A stretch of DNA of 37,507 nucleotides from a virus (Duplodnaviria; Caudoviricetes): the IMG/VR virus record IMGVR_UViG_3300038391_000041, positions 1-37,507 of that record; one strand, written 5' to 3'. The notes beneath the pieces were generated by a model that saw nothing but the letters and a program-made list of their open reading frames with translations, made no database searches and had not been told where the DNA came from. A program made the translations under genes and the position numbers. This document shows positions 26,402 through 33,883 of this stretch, piece by piece; position 1 is the first letter of the stretch, and the number at the start of each line of letters is the position of its first letter.

Positions 26402-27037
26402 CTAACTGCCAACACTGGCATAGTTGAGATCAATGTTCTGATACTCTCCGTTTTCATCTCGGATCGCAAACCGCTGATACTTCTTGGAATGAGGCTTTCT
26501 AATAGAATCCTCAATCAAGTCAAGGGCTTTTGAGAATCTTGGATCACTCACTTTGTCTCTGTACTTCAGAAGGCTCAAGACTTTCTTTGTGTCCAGCTTG
26601 CCTCTTGACTTTGTAAATGCACTAAGGACTAACTCCTTAACCATCTGATCTCCTTCAATTGATGCATTCAGGAACTCATCAAGCTTCTCCTTGGCTGCTT
26701 GGATCCCCAGGTCATCAAACTCAATCCGCTCAGAGATTGCCACCTCCAGTCTAAAGGACCTGTCAAAGCTGTAGATAGTGACATTGCCCTTGGTCTCTTT
26801 AGAGCTTTCTAGCTCTTTGAGTCTTTGATCAATGATCTTCTGAACTCTCTCTTCAACTTCCTGCTTGAATGCGATGAGCTTGTTTTGAATAGCAAGAGCT
26901 TGCTTGCAAATTGCTGCAAGGTTCTGATCTGTGATCTTCTCTGATTTCTTCAGCCTGTCTCTAGGAATTGTGACTCCTTCATCATCAATCCAGATCTTGT
27001 CTGATGACTTGTAAAATGTTGGGTTTTGTTTATCCAT
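26402..27037 (-). CDS. DUF3164 family protein
   Basis: KGNVTIYSFD, ERIEFDD..QAAKEKLDEFL, ALDLIEDSIR, YQNIDLN; family typical of Mu-like phages. Confidence 0.85.
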   Translation of the reverse strand: MDKQNPTFYKSSDKIWIDDEGVTIPRDRLKKSEKITDQNLAAICKQALAIQNKLIAFKQEVEERVQKIIDQRLKELESSKETKGNVTIYSFDRSFRLEVAISERIEFDDLGIQAAKEKLDEFLNASIEGDQMVKELVLSAFTKSRGKLDTKKVLSLLKYRDKVSDPRFSKALDLIEDSIRKPHSKKYQRFAIRDENGEYQNIDLNYASVGS

Positions 27038-27695
27038 TATCTTGATTTATTACTTGTGTTGATGTCACTTCTGCTGGTGGGTTATACTTGCTCCCATACC
27101 ACTTCTTGAAATTCTCAGCTATCTTGTCGTACTGTGCTTTGTAAGCCTGATCAAATAGCATGTCGTTCACTAGGGTATCTCTAGCGTGAATGACAGAAGA
27201 GTGATCCCTTCCACCAATTGCGTCACCAATAGACTGGAGACTTATTCCAGGAATCAGGTTTGCAGCTAGTCCCATGAGAAGGAACCTGGGCTTCACGTTC
27301 TCTCTTCTTTTACTCTTGCTTTGAATATGAATGAATGAGACCGCTGTCTCTAGGACCACTTGATCAGCCAGGTAGTTCAAACACTCAAGATTTCGTTTAC
27401 TCAAGTTCTCATCCTCAATATGATAGCGCACTGATACTGTATTGATCTTGCCAGTCAGATCATAAATCTTGTCGGCTGCTTCCTGGAGTATCTGCTCAAT
27501 CATTTCAGAATCTTGAGGGATGCTGATTTCATTCTTGTTGTCTCTCAGATACAGATCAGCAGATCTGATAATATCTCTGAGAGCTCTTTCTGTGTTTGGA
27601 TGAGTGTTACCACTTCTGGCCAAAAGAGCTTGCTGTGCCTCATATTTTGAGGTCATTGCATCCATCCTGCTCTTAAATGAGTCATTTGCTGTCAT
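27030..27695 (-). CDS. Protein with DnaA C-terminal (domain IV-like) HTH
   Basis: SKRRENVKPRFLLMGL...SLQSIGDAIGGRDHSSVIHA. Confidence 0.85.
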   Translation of the reverse strand: MTANDSFKSRMDAMTSKYEAQQALLARSGNTHPNTERALRDIIRSADLYLRDNKNEISIPQDSEMIEQILQEAADKIYDLTGKINTVSVRYHIEDENLSKRNLECLNYLADQVVLETAVSFIHIQSKSKRRENVKPRFLLMGLAANLIPGISLQSIGDAIGGRDHSSVIHARDTLVNDMLFDQAYKAQYDKIAENFKKWYGSKYNPPAEVTSTQVINQDNG

Positions 27696-28123
27696 ACCGT
27701 GTCTTTGAGTTTGTAGTTATAGTTTTTAATGCCTGCCTCTTTGCGGATCTGCTCTCTCATCCCATTAGATGGGTGGATATTAAATAGCATGTCATGGCTG
27801 CCTCTAAAGCCCTTCCAGAGGATATCTTTCTGCACACTGCTCAGCTTTGAGCATTCAAGGCAGTGCTTGAAAAAAGGATCCTGCATGATGGTCCAGTTGG
27901 TCATTGCCCACTGCTTAAACCACCAATGCCAGAAGCTCTCTGATTTTGTCCAGTTAGTCCTGAAGTTGTGAGCAGTGTAATCATGAGCTCTGTCAATGAT
28001 CATGTTGTTGTGATCATCTTCACTCAGATCCAGTAGCTTCTGAATCTGCTCCTTTGCTCTTTCTAGGTCTATTGTAGTCACCATGATCTCAATCACTCCG
28101 TCCTTCTTTGATGTCATTGCCAT
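27692..28123 (-). CDS. Hypothetical early protein
   Basis: FWHWWFKQW motif; overlaps neighbours in the operon. Confidence 0.6.
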   Translation of the reverse strand: MAMTSKKDGVIEIMVTTIDLERAKEQIQKLLDLSEDDHNNMIIDRAHDYTAHNFRTNWTKSESFWHWWFKQWAMTNWTIMQDPFFKHCLECSKLSSVQKDILWKGFRGSHDMLFNIHPSNGMREQIRKEAGIKNYNYKLKDTV

Positions 28124-28739
28124 GTATTACTCTTGCTGCATACTGATCCACGAAAATTTTACCACCTGGAGCTCTGCCTCCAACCTCCAGGACCATACCC
28201 TGAGCCCTGATGATTACATTGGCCAGCTTTTGAGCAAGCTTGGCAGCTGCTCCATAGGGCTTCTTTCTTTCATCCTCATGGGCAATGCAGATAAAAAGTG
28301 TGTTGGGATGATCATTCTTGAGGTCTTTGAGTCTGGTGCCTCTAAGCTCATCCTGGTACATGGTTAAATTGTCCAGAAAGACAATCCCTGGAGCTCTCCT
28401 GACACTGAGTCTCGCTTCAACCTCCTCAATGGTCTCATACTCCACAAACTGGATATTTTTATTCTCCTTTTTGATGCCTGCTGCAAGGCAGGTTTGAATG
28501 AACTCTTTTGAGAGACCTTCCTCAGCTGATACATACAGGATCTTGGAGAATTGGCTCATATACTTGGCCAACTTCAGTGCCCCTGTGGTTTTACCGTTCT
28601 TACTCGGCCCATAGAGCAGCCAGATGCCGGAAGTAGAAGGATCTCCTAACACTTCCTTATACACTCCATCGAACTTATATGTCTTGAACTCCATCTTCAT
28701 CAGGACATCCATTGTTTTGGCTCGTTTCTTTCCCCCCAT
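28089..28739 (-). CDS. Second P-loop ATPase (RecA/AAA-like)
   Basis: LLYGPSKNGKT, LYVSAEEG, IVFLDNL, FICIAHE. Confidence 0.85.
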   Translation of the reverse strand: MGGKKRAKTMDVLMKMEFKTYKFDGVYKEVLGDPSTSGIWLLYGPSKNGKTTGALKLAKYMSQFSKILYVSAEEGLSKEFIQTCLAAGIKKENKNIQFVEYETIEEVEARLSVRRAPGIVFLDNLTMYQDELRGTRLKDLKNDHPNTLFICIAHEDERKKPYGAAAKLAQKLANVIIRAQGMVLEVGGRAPGGKIFVDQYAARVIHGNDIKEGRSD

Positions 28740-28746
28740 CCTGGTC

Positions 28747-29625
28747 TCATGCTCCTAGTTGGATCAGTGTCTTGAGGTGCCTCAAAGACTTCTCTTTGTT
28801 TACCGTCTTATGAACCACTGAGTCAATCAGCTTGGGATCCTTTGAGTTGATAGTGGCCACATCCTGGCAGAGCTGCTGCCAGAACTTGTGCTTCTGAGTC
28901 ACATCTCTTGGAGTCAGGTGGATATACTCCTCACTGAATCTGGAGAAAATGGCTCCATAGCCAACTGTCTGATTTTTCTTGCCTCGGTTGATCTTGGTCT
29001 CAAGTGAGTCATCACCGATGAGGTACCAGCCACACCTTCCCTCAGTGGCATTCCATAGCTCTTTAAGGACCTTGAAAGCTTCATACTTGAGATCTCCTGC
29101 ATCATCCATGACTATCAATGGCTTTTCAAGCAGGTTTAAATAGTATTTAAGCTGTCCTTTAATCTGAACCAGTGAGCCTCTAGTCTCCAGACCAACTGCC
29201 TTGGCCAATGCATGGATAAACTCTGTTTTAGTGGAGTGCTGAGAGCAGTCTACATAGAAAGCATCTCTCAGGCCTCTGAGCACATGCTTTGAGCAAAAAG
29301 TCTTGCCAATACCCCACTGATCTACAAGGATCATCCCTTTTGAATACTCCTTGCAAAACATCAAGTTTGCCTCAATCTCATTATACACCAAAGTCCTTGC
29401 TGGCTTCCAATTGTCCTGCCCTGTTTGGACATTGTACTGAAGTCCAATCTTGAGCCATGTTGAAGGGTTAAGTAATCCATCAGTCTCTCCAGCTTTTAGC
29501 CTGGAGTAAACTGAGGCAGACATGCCAAGGCTCTTAGCATACTGCTTGTCAGATCCTGAGAAGCTATCCCTGTTGTCCAGGATAGCCTGTCTCACTTTTT
29601 TCTTGTACTCTGGTGGAAAATTCAT
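28747..29625 (-). CDS. MuB-like transposition AAA+ ATPase with N-terminal HTH
   Basis: AKSLGMSASVYSRLK HTH; GIGKT Walker A; LIVMDDAGDL Walker B; directly after the transposase. Confidence 0.88.
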   Translation of the reverse strand: MNFPPEYKKKVRQAILDNRDSFSGSDKQYAKSLGMSASVYSRLKAGETDGLLNPSTWLKIGLQYNVQTGQDNWKPARTLVYNEIEANLMFCKEYSKGMILVDQWGIGKTFCSKHVLRGLRDAFYVDCSQHSTKTEFIHALAKAVGLETRGSLVQIKGQLKYYLNLLEKPLIVMDDAGDLKYEAFKVLKELWNATEGRCGWYLIGDDSLETKINRGKKNQTVGYGAIFSRFSEEYIHLTPRDVTQKHKFWQQLCQDVATINSKDPKLIDSVVHKTVNKEKSLRHLKTLIQLGA

Positions 29626-29630
29626 TGTAG

Positions 29631-31670
29631 TTATTTGAAGCTGTCTTTCCAGGACCTAATCGCAGGCCCTGGGTTGTTTTCTGGATTAAGTGGGTCCGGA
29701 AGCTCAGGAAGCTCTTTGGAGAACTCCAGGTCATCCTCAATGACTTCTCTTTCCATTCCAGGGATGGAGAAAGAGTCTGATATTGTTGCTGAGCGTTCTT
29801 TGATTACTGAAGTGCGCTCAATCTTGCTCTTTTGTAGTTTAATGAAGCTGGTCACAGTTTGGATGTACCGGCTCATGACTTCCCTGGCATCTCTGTGAGC
29901 TGGAGTCTCCTCTATTGGAGCTCTGGCAGCTAGTGGCTTCTCAATTACCTCACAGATGTATCTGCCTTCAGAGTCGTAGACCATAGCCTTGAATGGCTGG
30001 CCTTTGTTATCATCTAGCCAATAGATGTCCACTGACTTTCCTTCAACCACTTTCAAGAGCCTGATCAGCTCCTCACCGGTGGCCACTTCACCATCTTGGC
30101 CCAGAATCCACTCACGCCCTTTGAGCTTGATGATTCCAACCTTGCAGCTGGATCCTGTTTTTTGACCTAGATGATACATGAATGCCCTGTAATTGGTGGG
30201 CTTGAGTGCTGGATGATAATTATGAGAGAAATACTCAAAACGGCTGATATCAGGGTTTTGAGAGTTGGGCATATTATTCCACTTTTCAATATTGCTGAAA
30301 CATTGCTCAACAAGTTCCTGATATGGAATAACTGGCAGCTGGTCAGGTCCCAGCTGGTTGGATTCGTTTTTAGCATGTGGTCTGGCAATCCATCCCTCTT
30401 GCTCTTTTTCTATGCTGTACCTCATCTCTTTGAAGTACCGCTCAATTCTTTTACTCCTAGCACTGTTGGGCCTGATTTGAACATCATCAAACATGGCCCC
30501 AGGAGCTAGGAAGGTATTTCTGAAGCTGCTGTTCAAGCTGCTCTCACATTCCAAAGCTGCTGGCATTGGAATATTCCACTCATGGCAGTTCCGGACAAGC
30601 TGTCTGTAAAAGTTTAGGATCAGCTCCTCCTTGGTCTTTCCATAAGCCCAGGCAACAATTGCCTCACTAGCCAAGTCAATGCCCAGGTACCACCACATCC
30701 TTGATCTTTTCTCATACCAAAAAGGTGGCTGCCTGTCATCAATTGACAGCATAGATCCTGCAAAGTGAGGTTGCTCCATGCTTGTATATGGGATCTTAGC
30801 ATCAAGATACTTTTGTCTGTCTCCAGATCTCAGTGCATGAGTTCCAGAAGTAGATTCCCATGTGGATAGATATGCTCTGATAGTGGACTCACTTAGGCTC
30901 TTAAATTTGGATGGATCATAAAGCTCACCGGTGGCCTCATTTACAACCTTATAGTCTCCTTCCAGGAATGCTAGATATGCCCTTGCAACCTCTGATGCTG
31001 TTGGCTTGTAGTTTTGACCTGCAAAAAGGTTGTTTAGCAAGATCTCAACATCTCCAGTCCGCTTGAGAGCGTTCTTTTTAGCGTTTCCTGCTGAGTCTTT
31101 GATCAGTGAGACATATCCATCCTTCACAAACTGCTTAAAAGCTTGTGAGAAGCGTCTTGGATGAGATGGAAGAGAGTGCTCATATCCAAACTCTTCCTTT
31201 AGGACTGCATTGAATGTGACTACATCTTGAGCAATCCCCTGGAGTAGTCTGCCTTTTGACATGCCAAGGCTTCTCCTTTTGTCCTCCCTGTCCTGGTGGA
31301 GGTTAATAGCAGCCTGCATGACACTGGCATTGACTACATACTTCTGCTGAGATTCAGGCTTGAGCCAAGACCCATCCGGATATCTAAACTCAGTGTAGTA
31401 GTCATTAGCATCTGCATCAATTTCATAGTAGTTGGAAAGAATGTGATTGTCCAGCCTTGGATCCAGTAGCTCTGACTTAATGCTCTCTGGTAGCGTGTCA
31501 TATAGGACCATCATCTTACGGCCATTGCCTCCGGATTGATAGCGTTTGATGCCGCCTGGAAGGTGCTTGCTTCTGAGAATCCTCTTTTTTAAGGCCCCAT
31601 AACTTGGGAAGAAAGCCGGGACCAGCTCCTCAAGTGTTACTACCGCTATGGTTCCAATCAGCTGAGGCAT
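29631..31670 (-). CDS. MuA-like DDE transposase
   Basis: LSIDDRQPP, GIDLASEAIVAWAYG, LECESSLN, RSKRIERYF; 679 aa. Confidence 0.9.
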   Translation of the reverse strand: MPQLIGTIAVVTLEELVPAFFPSYGALKKRILRSKHLPGGIKRYQSGGNGRKMMVLYDTLPESIKSELLDPRLDNHILSNYYEIDADANDYYTEFRYPDGSWLKPESQQKYVVNASVMQAAINLHQDREDKRRSLGMSKGRLLQGIAQDVVTFNAVLKEEFGYEHSLPSHPRRFSQAFKQFVKDGYVSLIKDSAGNAKKNALKRTGDVEILLNNLFAGQNYKPTASEVARAYLAFLEGDYKVVNEATGELYDPSKFKSLSESTIRAYLSTWESTSGTHALRSGDRQKYLDAKIPYTSMEQPHFAGSMLSIDDRQPPFWYEKRSRMWWYLGIDLASEAIVAWAYGKTKEELILNFYRQLVRNCHEWNIPMPAALECESSLNSSFRNTFLAPGAMFDDVQIRPNSARSKRIERYFKEMRYSIEKEQEGWIARPHAKNESNQLGPDQLPVIPYQELVEQCFSNIEKWNNMPNSQNPDISRFEYFSHNYHPALKPTNYRAFMYHLGQKTGSSCKVGIIKLKGREWILGQDGEVATGEELIRLLKVVEGKSVDIYWLDDNKGQPFKAMVYDSEGRYICEVIEKPLAARAPIEETPAHRDAREVMSRYIQTVTSFIKLQKSKIERTSVIKERSATISDSFSIPGMEREVIEDDLEFSKELPELPDPLNPENNPGPAIRSWKDSFK

Positions 31671-31678
31671 TATCTTTG
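31647..31678 (+). promoter_or_regulatory. Bacteroidota-type promoter for the antisense membrane gene
   Basis: TATG-N20-TATCTTTG against the consensus TTTG-N19-21-TAnnTTTG. Confidence 0.5.
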
Positions 31679-32383
31679 GCTGGATGATGGACCTGGAAAA
31701 AATTCACAAGAAGATTCAGCCTCTTGAGGCCAGTAGTAATCAATTGCGCCTTGATTTAGCAAAGCACATTGTGACATTATCTGCAACCCTGTTGTCTCTC
31801 TCTGTTGTTCTGGCTGGTGAAGATTTAAGAAGCTCGGATTTGTTTGCTGGTGCGCTAATAGCGTTTCTTGTTTCGATAGTGTCTGGCACGTACCTTCTAA
31901 GGCTGGAGATACTGAGGGTAGATAAGTTGAAAAAAAGAGCGTTGCGATTTTACCAACAAGAATTAGAGCAAGGATACCCGCAATCAGCTCGACTAGTGGC
32001 AACCAGATATAACTGGTTCCCAAGTACTCTACTTTTAGTTTGTTGGATTTCTTTTCTTGTGGGAGTTGCTCTATTAGCTTTGCTACGTCTTTATCCAGAA
32101 ATAACACTGCTGGACCTTCTTCCTTGGTAACTTCATGTTTTAAACTGGTTAGACCTCTAAGAAAATCTCCAGCTAGCCTGTCATAACGATTGATGTGCTT
32201 GATTAGAAATGGGTCTTCAATCTCAATTTTGTAGATTAAACTGCCATCATCACCTTCATTAATATCTCCTGAGAATTGATTGACAGTTCTAACCAGCTTC
32301 TTACCCTCATGATGATCAGATGGGTATATAACATCCTTAATTACCGTACTTGTTGTTCGTATTTTCGGTGGTGGTATACTCAT
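31670..32383 (-). CDS. Hypothetical ORF between cro-like gene and transposase; contains a nested antisense gene
   Basis: ATGA overlap with the cro-like stop and TAATG overlap with the transposase start. Confidence 0.45.
   Translation of the reverse strand: MSIPPPKIRTTSTVIKDVIYPSDHHEGKKLVRTVNQFSGDINEGDDGSLIYKIEIEDPFLIKHINRYDRLAGDFLRGLTSLKHEVTKEEGPAVLFLDKDVAKLIEQLPQEKKSNKLKVEYLGTSYIWLPLVELIAGILALILVGKIATLFFSTYLPSVSPALEGTCQTLSKQETLLAHQQTNPSFLNLHQPEQQRETTGLQIMSQCALLNQGAIDYYWPQEAESSCEFFPGPSSSQR
31684..32130 (+). CDS. Three-TM membrane protein (moron-like)
   Basis: Three clear hydrophobic helices; own promoter-like element; richer in CpG than the core phage genes. Confidence 0.7.
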   Translation: MMDLEKIHKKIQPLEASSNQLRLDLAKHIVTLSATLLSLSVVLAGEDLRSSDLFAGALIAFLVSIVSGTYLLRLEILRVDKLKKRALRFYQQELEQGYPQSARLVATRYNWFPSTLLLVCWISFLVGVALLALLRLYPEITLLDLLPW

Positions 32384-32562
32384 GCCTCAATCTTTTTTGC
32401 TTCCTCAATTAGAAGTTCCTTGGCTCTCTCTCTTATCTCTGTAGCTTTCTGGCTATCAGCGTACCCCTTTAAGCAAAACCGAATATGTTGAGGTGTGACG
32501 TTGAACTCTTCAGCTAGTAGTGCTTTATGTTTTGCACTGATCTCAATTTGATGTTTAGGCAT
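32380..32562 (-). CDS. Cro/Ner-like HTH regulator (60 aa)
   Basis: LAEEFNVTPQHIRFCLKG; divergent from the repressor; start reassigned to ATG 32562. Confidence 0.75.
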   Translation of the reverse strand: MPKHQIEISAKHKALLAEEFNVTPQHIRFCLKGYADSQKATEIRERAKELLIEEAKKIEA

Positions 32563-32594
32563 GTTACCGTACTTTCGTTTTGGAATTTCCTCAG

Positions 32595-32648
32595 CAAAGG
32601 AAGTAAACAATTTTCTAACACGCAAGCACCAAGTAAACATTTTTCTAA
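32595..32648. promoter_or_regulatory. Immunity operators and early promoter
   Basis: AAGTAAACAATTTTCTAA (32601-32618) and AAGTAAACATTTTTCTAA (32631-32648); minus-strand CTTG-N20-TTCCTTTG overlaps them. Confidence 0.7.
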
Positions 32649-33319
32649 TGAGCGACCATAATACCATAACAAGACTCAAGGAATATATTGAGGCGAAGAA
32701 CATAAGCAATCGAGCTTTTGAGCGCAGTATTGGCTTGTCTAACGGAGCATTCGCAACTCAACTAAAGAGAGGTGGTTCAATAGGTGCAGATAAGTTAGAG
32801 AATATTCTACATGAGTATCCGGACTTAAACCTGGAGTGGGTTCTAACAGGAAATGGGAAAATGTATAAATCTGAACCGTTACATACTGTGAAAGAGGATG
32901 AACCGTTACCATATACTGCATCAGCAGGTATACCCCTAGTCCCTATAGAAGCAATTGCCGGATGGGGTACCGGTGAGACACAGGTTATGGATTATCAAGC
33001 GGAGAGATATGTGATCCCTGAGTTCGATGAACTACAAGTGGATTTCATGATCAGAGTGAAAGGTGGAAGTATGTACCCCAAGTACAACCCCGGAGACATT
33101 ATTGCTTGCAGAAAGGTTGAGATGGGTACCTTTTTTCAGTGGAATAAGGTCTATGTGTTAGACACCGATCAGGGTGCTCTTGTAAAAAGAGTGAAACCTG
33201 GTGAAGATGAATACAGCATCACACTGGTCAGTGAAAACAAAGAGTATGATCCATTTGAGTTATTGATCAACCAGGTGCATGGTCTTGCACTGGTAGTAGG
33301 TGTCATTAGATTCGAGTAA
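32648..33319 (+). CDS. CI-like repressor (HTH + S24 peptidase)
   Basis: AFERSIGLSNG, LNLEWVLTGNG, AIAG cleavage site, RVKGGSMYP, LVKRV; start reassigned to ATG 32648. Confidence 0.92.
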   Translation: MSDHNTITRLKEYIEAKNISNRAFERSIGLSNGAFATQLKRGGSIGADKLENILHEYPDLNLEWVLTGNGKMYKSEPLHTVKEDEPLPYTASAGIPLVPIEAIAGWGTGETQVMDYQAERYVIPEFDELQVDFMIRVKGGSMYPKYNPGDIIACRKVEMGTFFQWNKVYVLDTDQGALVKRVKPGEDEYSITLVSENKEYDPFELLINQVHGLALVVGVIRFE

Positions 33320-33561
33320 GGGTGTACACTTAATGTGAAACAAAGTGTGCATTAATTGCGGTGAACCCCTAAAATGAGTGACAAATAAGTCACAGACAGC
33401 CCCGTTCTAGCCACTCTATTTCTATTAATGCTAATAAAATTAGGCTCTTTCAGAGTTTTGATGTCGTGTACATAAAGGGTCAGTTAAAGGCTATTTTGCT
33501 GCCAAAACACCCTTTTTTTTGTACATAAGCCCCCCGTAGCGGCCATTTGAAAACCACGTTA

Positions 33562-33597
33562 TGTCCCCCCAACTGTCCCCCCAACTGTCCCCCCAAC
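33562..33597 (+). repeat. Perfect tandem repeat, 3 x TGTCCCCCCAAC
   Basis: Read directly from the sequence. Confidence 0.95.
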
Positions 33598-33763
33598 TTT
33601 ATTTGTATGGTTATTTAGACATATTTATAAACGTGTTTTTACAACACGCATATTAATGCGCAATGCAGTCACAGCAAGCCCTGCAAGGCTTCTAGGTGTA
33701 TCTTTAAGTGATTTAAACGCTAGGGAGTAAAAACAGGCTAAATCAGCCATTTTAGAGCAAACG

Positions 33764-33874
33764 TGTACAATCCGTTTTTTATTAGCAATTTGTACAAAAA
33801 GGGGCTAGAAGTCAGTATTTATAAGGGTTTGAGCTAAAAATGAGCCAATTATACTATGTGTACATTCTGTTTTA
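33764..33874 (-). repeat. Window-right end: transposase-binding repeats
   Basis: TGTACAATCCGTTTT (33764-33778) and TGTACATTCTGTTTTA (33859-33874), inverted relative to the left-end copies. Confidence 0.85.
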
Positions 33875-33883
33875 GCCTTAATA

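Larger units (their letters stand above)
1..33883. mobile_element. Mu-like transposable prophage with contractile-tail genes, Bacteroidota type; near complete
   Basis: DDE transposase, MuB-like ATPase, Mu gp28/gp29/gpF/gpG/gp36-like genes, sheath/tube/baseplate genes, inverted end repeats, and an abrupt composition change at ~33885. The window-left terminus is probably a few bp outside the window. Confidence 0.95.

Noticed and set aside
32561-32709. Long overlapping starts of the cro-like and cI ORFs
   Set aside because: The extensions run through the operator region; the domains begin at 32562 (-) and 32648 (+).
33562-33597. Repeat as a CRISPR array
   Set aside because: 12-bp units are directly adjacent with no spacers, and no cas genes are present.
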